NCBI GenBank assembly: GCA_040081625.1 | Contig: JBEBGD010000105.1 | Span: 1-19,362, forward strand | DNA from: Chthoniobacteraceae bacterium | GTDB lineage: Bacteria > Verrucomicrobiota > Verrucomicrobiia > Chthoniobacterales > Chthoniobacteraceae | DNA: 19,362 nt | Direction of reading: 5' to 3' | Shown here: one piece after another, positions 8,617 to 18,302 of the stretch | Layout of the letters: each line of letters begins with the position of its first letter | How positions within the stretch are numbered: position 1 is the stretch's first letter | Position numbers and translations under genes: made by a program | The notes under the pieces: generated by a model | Databases searched by the model: none | Told to the model about the DNA's origin: nothing | The model's input: only the letters and a program-made list of their open reading frames with translations

Positions 8617-8661
8617 CTGATTGCTTTACTCATTACCGGATAACTCATTACTGATTGAGCG

Positions 8662-9060
8662 ATGAACGTCACATCCATCGCCACTGAATTCAAAGCCTTC
8701 ATCCTCAAGGGCAACGTCGTCGATCTCGCGGTCGGCGTCGTCATCGGGGCGGCCTTCGGAAAGGTCGTCGAGTCGGTCGTCAAAGATCTCATCACTCCCA
8801 TCATCGGCATGTTTGGCGGCCAGCCGAATTTCTCCACGGTGCATCTCGGCCCGCTGGGCATCGGCAACTTCATCAACGCGCTTCTCGCCTTCGTCATTCT
8901 CGCCGCTGTCGTCTTCTTCCTCGTGATCAAGCCGATGAATCTGTTGATGTCTCTTGCGAAAAAGCAGGCGGAGCAGAAACCCGCCGAGCCGCCGCCGATG
9001 CCTGAGGACGTGAAGTTGCTGACGGAAATCCGCGACCTGCTCAAGAGCCGGGCGTCGTAG
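8662..9060 (+). CDS. mscL: Large-conductance mechanosensitive channel
   Basis: EFKAFILKGNVVDLAVGVVIGAAFGKVV, GNFINALLAFVI and LLTEIRDLLK. Confidence 0.97.
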   Translation: MNVTSIATEFKAFILKGNVVDLAVGVVIGAAFGKVVESVVKDLITPIIGMFGGQPNFSTVHLGPLGIGNFINALLAFVILAAVVFFLVIKPMNLLMSLAKKQAEQKPAEPPPMPEDVKLLTEIRDLLKSRAS

Positions 9061-9066
9061 TCGCGG

Positions 9067-10146
9067 CTACAGCTTCACCGCGAAGTCGTCGTCGTCCGCG
9101 ACCGACTCGACGAAGCCCGCGAGCAGCGCGATCACCTTTTCCACATCGTCGAGATCGGCCATCTCGACGACCGAGTGCATGTAGCGCAACGGCAGCGAGA
9201 CGAGCGCGCTCGGAATTCCTTCGCGCACGTCGAAGATCACGTCGGTATCCGTGCCGCTGTAACGGCTGCTGCTCTCGTGCTGGATCGGGATCTTCGCGTT
9301 TTTTGCGACCGCGAGCAGGCGCTCGATTACCTTCGGGTGATTGCATGTGCCGTGGGTGATCGACGGGCCGCCGCCGAGCTTCACTTCGCCGTGCATGGAT
9401 GGGTTGATGCCGGGCGTGTCGGTCGCGTGCGTCACGTCGAGCACGATGCACACGTCAGGCATCAAGCGGTGCGCCACCATCTTCGCACCATGCCCGCCGA
9501 TCTCCTCCTGCACTGCATTCACGGCGAAGAGGGTGGAGTTCAGCTTTTTGCGCTGCCGGCTCAGCCGGGCCACGACCTGCGCGATGATGAAACCGCCGAC
9601 GCGGTTATCGAGCGCGCGACCGACGATGCGGTTCTTTCCGAATTCCTCCGCGCCGTCCGCATACACCGCCGGATGCCCGACGCGCAGGCCGAGCGCGGCG
9701 ACGTCCGCTGCGCTCGAGGCTCCGACATCGACGTAAAGCTCGTGGATCTTCGGCACCTTTTCATCCTTCTCGTCCTTGCGAAGGTGGATCGCGGTGTTGC
9801 CGATGATGCCGGTGACCACGCGCTTGTCGGCGAGGATATTCAATCGCCGTCCGCGTGCCGTGGCGGTGTCGCTGCCGCCGACGCGATCGAGCCGGAGGTA
9901 GCCTTCCTTGGTCACCTGCTTGATGATGAAGCCGATCTCATCGGCGTGCGCCTCGAGCATGATGCGGCGGCGGCGCTTTGCGGTGCCTTCGATCGTGGCC
10001 CACGCGGTGCCGTAGGCGTCGTTCTCGACTTGGTCAGCGTATTTTCGCATGTAGCCGGCCCACACACGCTGGCCGGCGCTTTCCCAGCCGGTCGGACTGG
10101 GCGTGTTGAGGAGTTCGAAGAGGAAGGCTTTGGTTTTCGCGTCCAT
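9067..10146 (-). CDS. M42 family metallo-aminopeptidase (TET/FrvX-like), 359 aa
   Basis: Probable start MDAKTK at 10146. Motifs PSPTGWE, AHADEIG, ALDNRVG, QEEIG, LDVTHA, GTD and LRYMHS carry the dinuclear metal ligands. Confidence 0.92.
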   Translation of the reverse strand: MDAKTKAFLFELLNTPSPTGWESAGQRVWAGYMRKYADQVENDAYGTAWATIEGTAKRRRRIMLEAHADEIGFIIKQVTKEGYLRLDRVGGSDTATARGRRLNILADKRVVTGIIGNTAIHLRKDEKDEKVPKIHELYVDVGASSAADVAALGLRVGHPAVYADGAEEFGKNRIVGRALDNRVGGFIIAQVVARLSRQRKKLNSTLFAVNAVQEEIGGHGAKMVAHRLMPDVCIVLDVTHATDTPGINPSMHGEVKLGGGPSITHGTCNHPKVIERLLAVAKNAKIPIQHESSSRYSGTDTDVIFDVREGIPSALVSLPLRYMHSVVEMADLDDVEKVIALLAGFVESVADDDDFAVKL

Positions 10147-10173
10147 GTGCGCGCATCGTGCACGACGCACGCG

Positions 10174-12054
10174 CTAACGCAATCGCGCTGCGCCGACGAG
10201 CCGGCGAAGCTGCGGCACGTCAAACGACTCGAGCAGACCGAAGCAGAACAGCTCCGGCTTTTGATCGACGGACCAGTTCTCGCGGATCACATCGTGCAGG
10301 CTGCCGAGCGGATCAGTCTGCTTCAGCGAACCGATGCGCGGCTCCAGCGCGGTGGCGATGAGCGTGAAGACGCTGCTGCGCGGGCCGATCGACTCGAGAG
10401 CGGCGGGCGACTTGAATTCCTCCGCGGCCCAGCGCGCGACGGCGGCGACCTGGCTCGCCTGGATGCCGAGCGGACGATCGCCGACGGCGGCGACGAGCAG
10501 CGCGTAGAGCATGTCGCGCTGCGCGATCTTCGATTCGCCGAAGTAGAACGGATCGACCGCGAGCACGCGCTGACCGGCGGCGAGCAACGCTTCGATTTGC
10601 GCGGCCGCGCTCTTCCGTCCGCCATCGGCGACGACGATCGTCGTGCCTTTCGCGTCGCCGCGAACGAGTTCGACGACCGGCACGGTCCATGTTTCGCCGA
10701 CGCGCAGCTTCCAAAACACCGCTTTCACCTCGCCGCGCGTTTCCTCGCCGGCGCGCTGCGCGACGATTGCGTGCTCCTTGTATTTCACGATGTCCACGAG
10801 CGTCTCGCGCGGCGCCGCCCAGCGCGGGAGATCCTTGCTCGCGCCGACGGCGAACTGGTGAAGGTCGAGATTGTCCGCAGGCAGCCGCACCTCGAGGTCC
10901 GCTTCCGGCTTCACCTCGGCATCGAATGGTGTCTCGGTCGCGACAAATCTCGCGTCGCCGGGGAAGAAGATGTCGCCGACCATGCGGTAGAACACCTGCC
11001 TGTTATCGACATCGTAGTTGTGCGTGCCGGGGTCGAAGTTGTTGTGCGAGCGCAGGCGCTCAGGTTGGCCGTAGAGCTTGAAGATCGGCTCCGCGGCGTC
11101 GAGCAGAGGCTGGAGCGCGTGGTCGGTGGCGAAGCAGCAGTTGTCCTTCGCGTTGAACGTGAGCAGCGCCGCGCGGCCCGCGAGCATCGCAGTCAGGTGC
11201 GTGTAGTCGGCGACGGTCGCGAGATCGTTCGGAGTCTGCTCGGAATCGCCGAGGTCGGACGGAAACCGCGCACGCGTCTTGAAACTCGAATAGCCGGCGA
11301 CCGGATTGCAAAGCGTCACGCGCGGATCGAGCGCGCTGATCGTGATCGTTTGCCAGCCGCCGCCGGAGAGACCGCTCACCGCCACGCGCTTCGGATCGGC
11401 GTAAGGCAGCGCGAGCAGCAGATCGATGCCGCGCGACATCGCGAGGTAAAATGGCGCGAGGCCGCTCACGCCGCAGAGGTCGAGCTGGTTGAGTCGGTAG
11501 TGCGAAAAGCCGTCGGCGTGGAGCTGTCGCATGTTGATCCACTCGACGTTGAGCGACGCGACGCCGCGCTTCGCGAGGTTGATGCAGCGGAGCTGCTGGC
11601 CGGGCCCGGCGTTGCCGTGCTCGTAGTCGTGCCCGTTCAGCGCGAGGTGCACCGGAATTTTTCCCGTGATACCGTCGGGTTGATAGAGCAGCGCCGGAAT
11701 CCACAGCCCCGGCAGCGCTTCGTAGCGCACCTTCTTGATATGGTAGCCCGGCCCGCCCTTGATCGTGTCGATCCATTCGACCTTCGTCTTCGCCTCGCGC
11801 CAGTAGCGTGCGAGCGCGCCGCGGAAATAGACTTTGTCGAACGCATCGCGCCGCGCCTCCTGCGCGAGCTTCTCCCACTCCGCGAGCGTCTTCACCGCCG
11901 GCATCGCCGGCACCTTCGCTTCGCAATACGCACGCACTTCCTCGAGCGGCAGGTTCGCGTCGATGATGCGGTGATCGAGCAGCGCGGCGACGTCGGGCGA
12001 CTGCGCGCGCGCGGCGGTGATGACGGCCAGGGCGAGGACGAGTGCGGACTTCAC
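10174..12054 (-). CDS. Secreted alpha/beta-hydrolase, acetylxylan-esterase-like, two-domain, 626 aa
   Basis: C-terminal part of track ORF 10174..13149. GTG at 12054 overlaps the upstream TGA and is followed by signal peptide MKSALVLALAVITAARA-Q. Nucleophile elbow GLSGGG, candidate Asp (KDNC) and His (GTHNY). The second hydrolase-like domain lacks GxSxG. Confidence 0.85.
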   Translation of the reverse strand: MKSALVLALAVITAARAQSPDVAALLDHRIIDANLPLEEVRAYCEAKVPAMPAVKTLAEWEKLAQEARRDAFDKVYFRGALARYWREAKTKVEWIDTIKGGPGYHIKKVRYEALPGLWIPALLYQPDGITGKIPVHLALNGHDYEHGNAGPGQQLRCINLAKRGVASLNVEWINMRQLHADGFSHYRLNQLDLCGVSGLAPFYLAMSRGIDLLLALPYADPKRVAVSGLSGGGWQTITISALDPRVTLCNPVAGYSSFKTRARFPSDLGDSEQTPNDLATVADYTHLTAMLAGRAALLTFNAKDNCCFATDHALQPLLDAAEPIFKLYGQPERLRSHNNFDPGTHNYDVDNRQVFYRMVGDIFFPGDARFVATETPFDAEVKPEADLEVRLPADNLDLHQFAVGASKDLPRWAAPRETLVDIVKYKEHAIVAQRAGEETRGEVKAVFWKLRVGETWTVPVVELVRGDAKGTTIVVADGGRKSAAAQIEALLAAGQRVLAVDPFYFGESKIAQRDMLYALLVAAVGDRPLGIQASQVAAVARWAAEEFKSPAALESIGPRSSVFTLIATALEPRIGSLKQTDPLGSLHDVIRENWSVDQKPELFCFGLLESFDVPQLRRLVGAARLR

Positions 12055-13385
12055 AGCTCGCGGATGAACAAATTCGCGAACTCCACGTCGTCGCCGTGGT
12101 ATTGCAGCGCGATCGGTCCCTCGGGCGGGATGCCGGGGAGCTGCGCGTTGTCGATCACAGTCTGGTCGTTGAGCACCACGGTCACGCGGTCGCCTTTGAG
12201 CGTGATGAAGAAGCGGTTCCATTTTCCGAACGGCGCGTCGGCCCGCACTTTCGGCAGCATCGCGCGGCGCAGCTCGGCGGGGACCTTCGCGTCCTTGTGG
12301 ATCTCCTGGATGTCGCCCGAGCCCATCGGCTGGCTCCAGATGTTCACCTGGTAGTTGGGGTTGCCGCGCAGGTGGATGCCGCTGTCGCCCGCGTCCGGGA
12401 TTTCCTTGCGCACGATCTCGCCGCCGGCGTCGCGCACGAAGAGGCCGTCCTCGGTGAAGGTCGGCAGCGCCTTCGGCACGGGCTTTTTCGTGAGCCGCCA
12501 GTCCACGCACATCGTGAAATCGCGATAGCTCTTCTCGGTCCACAGATTCAGGTCGCGGCCCTTCACGCCGGCTTTGCTCAGGAAGTGCGAGCCTTTGACC
12601 TGCCACGCGCTGAGGACTGCATCGTTCACATTCCATCCGCCGAAATCCTTGCCGCTGAAGATCGGCTTGAATCCCTCGAACGCGTTCGCGGTCTGCTCCG
12701 GCGGCGTATTCGTTGTCGGCAGTTCCTTGATCCGCAGGTTGCGGAAATGCGCCTCGCTGCCTTCGGCCTCGAGGCTCAGGTAGCCTTTTCGCGGCACGCA
12801 ATCCTTGCCGACGGTGACTTCCTTGCCGTTGACCGAGAGCCGCAGTTCGCCGGCATTCGCGACGACGCGGTAGTGGTTCCATTCGGGTGATGGTTTCGTG
12901 CGGTCTTCGGTCGGAAAACTGCGCTGGCCGTTCGACGAGATGCGGCCGGTCGGCGTCATCGTCGCGCCGCGCACGGGGAAGAGGTCGCCGTGCGTGGTGA
13001 ACCATTCGTTGTGGCCCTTGTTCTGCACGCCGTAGCCGGGATCGAGCACCTGCACTTCGATGCCGCGCGGGAAGGGCCCGCCGACCTGCGGCAGTCCGTC
13101 GCTCCACGCGAAGCAGCCGCTGTTGCCGCCTGATTTCAAATGCCGCCACTCGAACTCGAGGATGAAGTTTTCATACATCCGCGCCGAACGCATCACGCCG
13201 ATCGGCAGGCCGGTGTCGATGATCATTCCGTCGCGCGCGGTGAAGGTGTCTTCCGCGCCATTGACCCGCACCCAGCCGGTCATGTCGCGGCCATTGAAGA
13301 GCGGCGTTAAGCCGTCGGCGTCCTGCGCGGCAAGCGGTGTGGCGAGGGCGAGCAGCGTGAGGGGAAGGAGGGCGCGGAGGGACAT
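12051..13385 (-). CDS. Secreted tandem-DUF1080 (3-keto-glycoside hydrolase/lyase-like) protein, 444 aa
   Basis: Signal peptide and two repeats of the DUF1080 pattern: LFNGRDMTGW...NSG...EVQVLD...EWN...HFRNLRIKEL, and IFSGKDFGGW...DSGI...KWN...IALQYHG...FANLFIREL. Confidence 0.9.
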   Translation of the reverse strand: MSLRALLPLTLLALATPLAAQDADGLTPLFNGRDMTGWVRVNGAEDTFTARDGMIIDTGLPIGVMRSARMYENFILEFEWRHLKSGGNSGCFAWSDGLPQVGGPFPRGIEVQVLDPGYGVQNKGHNEWFTTHGDLFPVRGATMTPTGRISSNGQRSFPTEDRTKPSPEWNHYRVVANAGELRLSVNGKEVTVGKDCVPRKGYLSLEAEGSEAHFRNLRIKELPTTNTPPEQTANAFEGFKPIFSGKDFGGWNVNDAVLSAWQVKGSHFLSKAGVKGRDLNLWTEKSYRDFTMCVDWRLTKKPVPKALPTFTEDGLFVRDAGGEIVRKEIPDAGDSGIHLRGNPNYQVNIWSQPMGSGDIQEIHKDAKVPAELRRAMLPKVRADAPFGKWNRFFITLKGDRVTVVLNDQTVIDNAQLPGIPPEGPIALQYHGDDVEFANLFIREL

Positions 13386-13504
13386 AGGTGCTCAATCAAT
13401 CCACCCGTCCGGTGCTTCTTGGAAAAGTCCGCCCGGCCAAATTGCGTGCGGGATTCGGCCATTTCGATGCCAAGGCGCGGCGCAGGTTCGGATTCTCCAC
13501 GGTT

Positions 13505-16500
13505 GTGACTCCCTTCCGGACCCTCGCTGCATTGCTCATCATCGTCTCGGCGCCCGACGCGCGAGCGCAGGATGCTGCCGCGGCGATGCGCGCGCTGAAG
13601 TCGAACTGCTTCTCCTGCCACAACGAGCAGAAGCACAAGGGCGGGCTCGTGATGACTTCGCGCGAGGCGCTGCTCAAGGGTGGCGAAAGCGGCGATCCCG
13701 CGCTCGTCGAAGGCGCGCCGGAAAAAAGCGGCATCATCACCGCACTCGCGGCGGAGGCCGATCCGCACATGCCGCCGAAGAAGCAGCTCACGCCCGCGCA
13801 GATCGACTTGCTGAGCCGATGGGTGAAGGATGGCGCGAAGTGGGATGCGGCGGCGCTCGTCCCTCCGCCGTCGAAGCCGCGCGCGGTCACGCTCGGCACG
13901 CTGCCGGCATCGTATCGCCCCGCGCTCGCGCTCGCGCTTTCGCCGGATGGAAAAAGGCTCGCGGCCGGCTGCGGAAACGAAGTCGTGATGCTCGACGCCG
14001 CGGCGAAGGAGCTGAGCGTGATCACGCGCCTGGCCGCGCATCCCGACACGGTGCAATCGATCGCATGGAGCGCGGATGGGAAGCGGTTCGCGACGGGGGC
14101 GTTTCGGCGCGTGGTGGTGTGGAATGCGGAGCCGCTCGCGGTCGAGCGGGAGATCACGGACGAACTGACCGACCGCATCGCGGCGCTTCGTTTCACGCCA
14201 GATGGACAGCAACTCGTGATCGCCGACGGACGCATCACGGAGAGCGGCATCGTGCGGGTCGCGGATGTGGAAACCGGAAAGCTCGCTGCGTCGTGGACGG
14301 CGCACGCGGACACGATCTTCGACCTGGCATTGAGCGCCGACGGCAAGCTGCTCGCGACCGCGGGCGGCGACCGAGTAGTGAAGGTCTGGGACTTCGCGAC
14401 GCGAAAGGAACTGGCGAAGCTCGAAGGCCACACGGCGCAGGTGCTCACGCTCGCGTTCGATCAAAAGGCCGGACTGCTCGTGAGCGGCGGCGCGGACCAG
14501 TCGCTGAAGGCGTGGGACGTGAAGACGAAGGAACGCATCGCCATACTCGGCAAGCACACCGCGGCGATCAGCGGGGCGGTCTGGAGCTCGGCGATCTTCG
14601 TGGCGACAGATGCTGGCGGGCTCGTGCGCTACTCGGAGCTGCAATCGCACACCGGCGGGCAGCGCTCAGAGTCCGCGAAGGAGAAGCGCTTCGACTCTGC
14701 CGACATCGCTCTGCACTGCGTCGCCGCGAGTGCGGATGGCGAGCGCGTCTTTGCCGGCTCGCAGGACGGTCGGGTCTTCGCCTGGAACAAGGACGGCAAG
14801 CTCACTGGCAATCTCGCGCTGACCGACGCGCCGCCGAAGCCCGGGCATCCGAGCTTCCTGCGCGACGTGCTGCCGGTGCTGAGCAAGGCCGGCTGCAACG
14901 CGGGCGCCTGCCACGCGAAGCCCGATGGACAGAACGGATTTCGCCTCTCCGTTTTCTCGTTCGACCCGCAGTCCGATCATCGCGAGATCACGCAGGAGGC
15001 GCGCGGGCGCCGCGTCTTGCCCGCCGCGCCGGAGGAGAGCCTGATCCTGCTCAAGGCGACCGAGACGATCCCGCACGAGGGCGGCGAGCGCTTCGCGAAA
15101 AACTCCGAGGCGTATCGCACCGTCGAGAGCTGGATTCGCGGCGGCATGAGCTATCGCGCCGAGGGCGAGCCGACGCTCGAGCGGCTCGTCGTGACGCCCG
15201 CAGATCAGACCTACGCGAAGGGCGCGAAGCAGGCGATGCGCGTCGAGGCGATCTACTCCGACGCGTCGAGGCGCGACGTCACAGCGCTCGCGAGCTTCGA
15301 GTCGAACGACAAGGAGATCGCGCGCGTGACCGATGCCGGCGCGGTGACGGTCGGCAAGCTGAGCGGGCAGGCGGTGATCGTCGCGCGGTTCATGGGGCTT
15401 GTCGTCGATTCGCGCATCAACGTGCCCGCCGACCGGCTGCTACCGGCGGAGAAATACGCGGCGCTGCCGAGGCGCAACTTCATCGACGAACTCGCCTACG
15501 CGCAGTTCGCGCGGCTCGGGTTTTTTCCATCGGAGCCGTGCAGTGATTCGGAGTTCCTGCGGCGCGCGCCGCTCGACACGATCGGTGCGCTGCCGACACC
15601 GGAGGAAGCGCGCGACTTTCTCGCCAATCCGGATCGCGACAGGCTCATCGACCGCCTGCTCGAGCATCCGTTTTACGCCGACTACTGGGCGAACAAATGG
15701 GCCGACTTGCTGCGCCCGCCGCCCGATCGCGCGGGCATCAAGAGCGTGTATGTCCTCGACCAGTGGCTGCGCGGAAGCTTCCGCGAAAACAAGCCCTACG
15801 ACCGCTTCGTGCGAGAGATCGTGACGGCGGAAGGCAACACCCATCGCTTCGGCCCCGCCGTGATCTATCGCGACAAGCGCGACCCCGCCGATATCACGAC
15901 GCTTTTCAGCCAGCTCTTCCTCGGCGTGCGGCTCGACTGCGCGAAGTGCCATCATCACCCGAACGAAAAATGGGGGCAGGACGATTTTTACCAGTTCGCC
16001 GCGTTCTTCGGTCCGTTGAAACAGAAAGGCGCCGGCATCTCCGCGCCGATCTCCGCGGGCAACGAGACGTTCTATTTCGCCGGCGGCAAATCGGTGAAGC
16101 ATCCCGTGACGGGCGAACTGCTCGACCCGAAGGCGCCCGATGGTCCGCTGATGAAAACCGACGACGATCCGCGCCGCGCGCTCGCCGACTGGATGACCGA
16201 TGCGAAGAACCCGTTCTTCGCGCAAGCCGCGGCGAATCGCGTCTGGGGCGCGTTCTTCGGCCGCGGTATCGTCGAGCCGGTGGATGACTTCCGTATCTCG
16301 AACCCGCCCGCGAACCCCGCGCTGCTCGACGCGCTCGCGCAGGAGCTCGTGCGGCAGAAGTTCGACCTCAAGGAACTCATGCGCGTGATCCTGCGCTCGC
16401 AGCTCTACCAGCTCAGCGCCGTGCCGAATGAGTTCAACGCAGCCGACACGCGCAACTTCTCGCGCTCATATCGCCGCCGTCTTCCCGCCGAGGTTCTTGC

Positions 16501-16948
16501 CGACGCCGTCGCCGACGTGACCGGCGTGCCGAACGCTTACGCCGGTATGCCGCCCGGCAGCCGCGCGATGCAGGCTTGGAGCTACAAGATCGCGTCGGAG
16601 ACGATGGACGCCTTCGGCCGACCGAACCCAAGCAGCGACACGCCGTGCGAGCGCGACCCGCGCCCGAGCATCGTGCAGGCGCTGCACCTCATGAACTCGC
16701 GCCTGCTCCAGGAAAAGCTCGCGAACAAAGACGCCGCCGCCCGCGTGCAGCGTCTCGCCGCGAGCGAGCGCACGCCGGAGGAAATCGTGACCGAGCTTTA
16801 CCTCACCACCTACGCGCGCAAGCCGACCGACGACGAACTCAAGACCGCCACCGCCGCCTTCACCGTCGAGGGCGCGGACCGCCGCGTCGCGACCGAGGAC
16901 GTGCTTTGGGCACTAATGAACTCCGCCGAGTTCGTATTTAACCACTGA
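13505..16948 (+). CDS. Exported multidomain protein: planctomycete-type cytochrome c + WD40 repeats + Ig-like segment + DUF1549 + DUF1553
   Basis: Probable GTG start at 13505 gives a signal peptide ending ARA-Q (the track starts at 13388). CFSCH...MPP cytochrome domain, WD repeats (AH/GH...WD), SFLRDVLPVLSKAGCNAGACH, NFIDE...EFLRR..LD..G.LPT, CAKCHHHP, NPFFA...NRVW..FFGRGIVEPVDD, and terminal EDVLWALMNSAEFVFNH. Confidence 0.9.
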   Translation: MTPFRTLAALLIIVSAPDARAQDAAAAMRALKSNCFSCHNEQKHKGGLVMTSREALLKGGESGDPALVEGAPEKSGIITALAAEADPHMPPKKQLTPAQIDLLSRWVKDGAKWDAAALVPPPSKPRAVTLGTLPASYRPALALALSPDGKRLAAGCGNEVVMLDAAAKELSVITRLAAHPDTVQSIAWSADGKRFATGAFRRVVVWNAEPLAVEREITDELTDRIAALRFTPDGQQLVIADGRITESGIVRVADVETGKLAASWTAHADTIFDLALSADGKLLATAGGDRVVKVWDFATRKELAKLEGHTAQVLTLAFDQKAGLLVSGGADQSLKAWDVKTKERIAILGKHTAAISGAVWSSAIFVATDAGGLVRYSELQSHTGGQRSESAKEKRFDSADIALHCVAASADGERVFAGSQDGRVFAWNKDGKLTGNLALTDAPPKPGHPSFLRDVLPVLSKAGCNAGACHAKPDGQNGFRLSVFSFDPQSDHREITQEARGRRVLPAAPEESLILLKATETIPHEGGERFAKNSEAYRTVESWIRGGMSYRAEGEPTLERLVVTPADQTYAKGAKQAMRVEAIYSDASRRDVTALASFESNDKEIARVTDAGAVTVGKLSGQAVIVARFMGLVVDSRINVPADRLLPAEKYAALPRRNFIDELAYAQFARLGFFPSEPCSDSEFLRRAPLDTIGALPTPEEARDFLANPDRDRLIDRLLEHPFYADYWANKWADLLRPPPDRAGIKSVYVLDQWLRGSFRENKPYDRFVREIVTAEGNTHRFGPAVIYRDKRDPADITTLFSQLFLGVRLDCAKCHHHPNEKWGQDDFYQFAAFFGPLKQKGAGISAPISAGNETFYFAGGKSVKHPVTGELLDPKAPDGPLMKTDDDPRRALADWMTDAKNPFFAQAAANRVWGAFFGRGIVEPVDDFRISNPPANPALLDALAQELVRQKFDLKELMRVILRSQLYQLSAVPNEFNAADTRNFSRSYRRRLPAEVLADAVADVTGVPNAYAGMPPGSRAMQAWSYKIASETMDAFGRPNPSSDTPCERDPRPSIVQALHLMNSRLLQEKLANKDAAARVQRLAASERTPEEIVTELYLTTYARKPTDDELKTATAAFTVEGADRRVATEDVLWALMNSAEFVFNH

Positions 16949-18291
16949 TGTCTACCCTTCATCACAACTGCGCTGGCACTTCCCGTCGCGACTTCCTGCA
17001 AGTCGGCCTCGGCGGCACGCTCGGGCTCGGGCTCACCGACCTGCTGCGGCTGCGCGCGTCGGCGGCGATCGGGCCGGCGAGCGCCGCGCCGGCGAAGAAG
17101 AACGTCAATTGCATCATGATCTGGATGGATGGCGGGCCGTCGCATTACGAGACGTTCGACCCGAAGCCGGACGCGCCGGAGGAAGTCCGCGGCACTTTCA
17201 AGAGCATCCCGACCTGCGTGCCGGGCGTGCATTTCAGCGAGCCGGTGCCGGAGCTGGCGAAGAACTTCGACAAGTTCACCGTCATCCGCTCGATCGCGCA
17301 CAAGGATCCGAACCACGGCGGCGGCAATCATTACATGATGACAGGTTCGCCCACGCCCGTGCCGGTCGGCTGCGGTGCGTTCGTCACGTTTCATCCGTCC
17401 TTCGGTTCGATGGTCTCCTACGATCGCGGCGTGCGCAGCGGGCTGCCGGCCTACATGGCGATGCCGAGCAACACGCGCAGCGGCGGCCCGAATTTCCTCG
17501 GCGGCCAGCACGCGCCGTTCGTCATCGGCGGCGATCCGAATGCGAAGGGCTTCCAGGTGCGCGACGTGGTGGTGCCGGCGGACATCGCCGAGGGCCGCGC
17601 GAAGACCCGGCGCGGCTTGCGCGAGTCGCTCGACCGGATGGTGCGCTTCAACGACAAGCTGGTCGATGATCCGGCGGTCGTGTTCGACAAGTTTTACCAG
17701 CAGGGCTTTGACCTCGTCTCGTCGTCGAAGGCGCAGGCTGCCTTCGACATCAGCGGCGAGGACGAGAAGGTGCGCGACCGCTACGGGCGCAACGATGTCG
17801 GCCAGCGGATGCTGCTCGCGCGGCGGCTCGTCGAGGTCGGCGTGTCGTGGGTCACGGTCCACTACGGCGGTTGGGACGATCACCGGAAACTCTTCGAGAC
17901 CTACAAGGGCAATCGCCTGAAAAACTTTGACCAGGGCCTCTCCGCGCTGCTCGGCGATTTGCAGGAGCGCGGGCTCATGGACAACACGCTCGTCATCGCG
18001 ACGGGCGAGTTTGGCCGCACGCCGAAGATCAACAAGGACGCCGGCCGCGACCACTGGCCGCACGCGATGTCCGTGCTCATGGCCGGCGCGGGAATCCCCG
18101 GCGGACAGATCGTCGGCGCGACCGATGCGAAGGGCTACAACGCGTCGGAGAATGTGTATCGGCCCGAGGATTTCGCGGCGTCGCTTTACACGAAGATGGG
18201 GATCGATCCGCACACGCTGCTGCGCACGGCGAGCGGGCGGCCGGCTCATCTGGTGAATGATGGGCGGCTGATCAAAGAGCTGTTCGTTTGA
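16948..18291 (+). CDS. DUF1501 family protein with Tat signal peptide, 447 aa
   Basis: SRRDFLQVG twin-arginine motif, WMDGGPSHYETFDPKP, LLARRLVEVGV, GWDDH, GEFGRTPKIN and GRDHWP. TGATG coupling to the upstream gene. Confidence 0.92.
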   Translation: MSTLHHNCAGTSRRDFLQVGLGGTLGLGLTDLLRLRASAAIGPASAAPAKKNVNCIMIWMDGGPSHYETFDPKPDAPEEVRGTFKSIPTCVPGVHFSEPVPELAKNFDKFTVIRSIAHKDPNHGGGNHYMMTGSPTPVPVGCGAFVTFHPSFGSMVSYDRGVRSGLPAYMAMPSNTRSGGPNFLGGQHAPFVIGGDPNAKGFQVRDVVVPADIAEGRAKTRRGLRESLDRMVRFNDKLVDDPAVVFDKFYQQGFDLVSSSKAQAAFDISGEDEKVRDRYGRNDVGQRMLLARRLVEVGVSWVTVHYGGWDDHRKLFETYKGNRLKNFDQGLSALLGDLQERGLMDNTLVIATGEFGRTPKINKDAGRDHWPHAMSVLMAGAGIPGGQIVGATDAKGYNASENVYRPEDFAASLYTKMGIDPHTLLRTASGRPAHLVNDGRLIKELFV

Positions 18292-18302
18292 GAGGGCGCA
18301 TC

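Noticed and set aside
9175..12354. 1059-aa plus-strand ORF
   Set aside because: Antisense shadow of the M42 peptidase, esterase and DUF1080 genes. It has no recognisable motifs, and long stop-free antisense frames are expected at this GC content and codon bias.
13390..13398. TGATTGAGC just upstream of both the DUF1080 start (minus strand) and the mscL start (8652-8660)
   Set aside because: Only two instances, with different spacing to the ATG (4 vs 1 nt) and unrelated genes. It cannot be distinguished from chance without a genome-wide count.
13060..15546. 828-aa plus-strand Arg/Ala/Gly-rich ORF
   Set aside because: Alternative frame over the cytochrome/WD40 gene with low-complexity composition typical of off-frame GC-rich DNA.
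16810..18249. 479-aa minus-strand ORF
   Set aside because: Antisense shadow of the DUF1501 gene, which carries all the family motifs on the plus strand.
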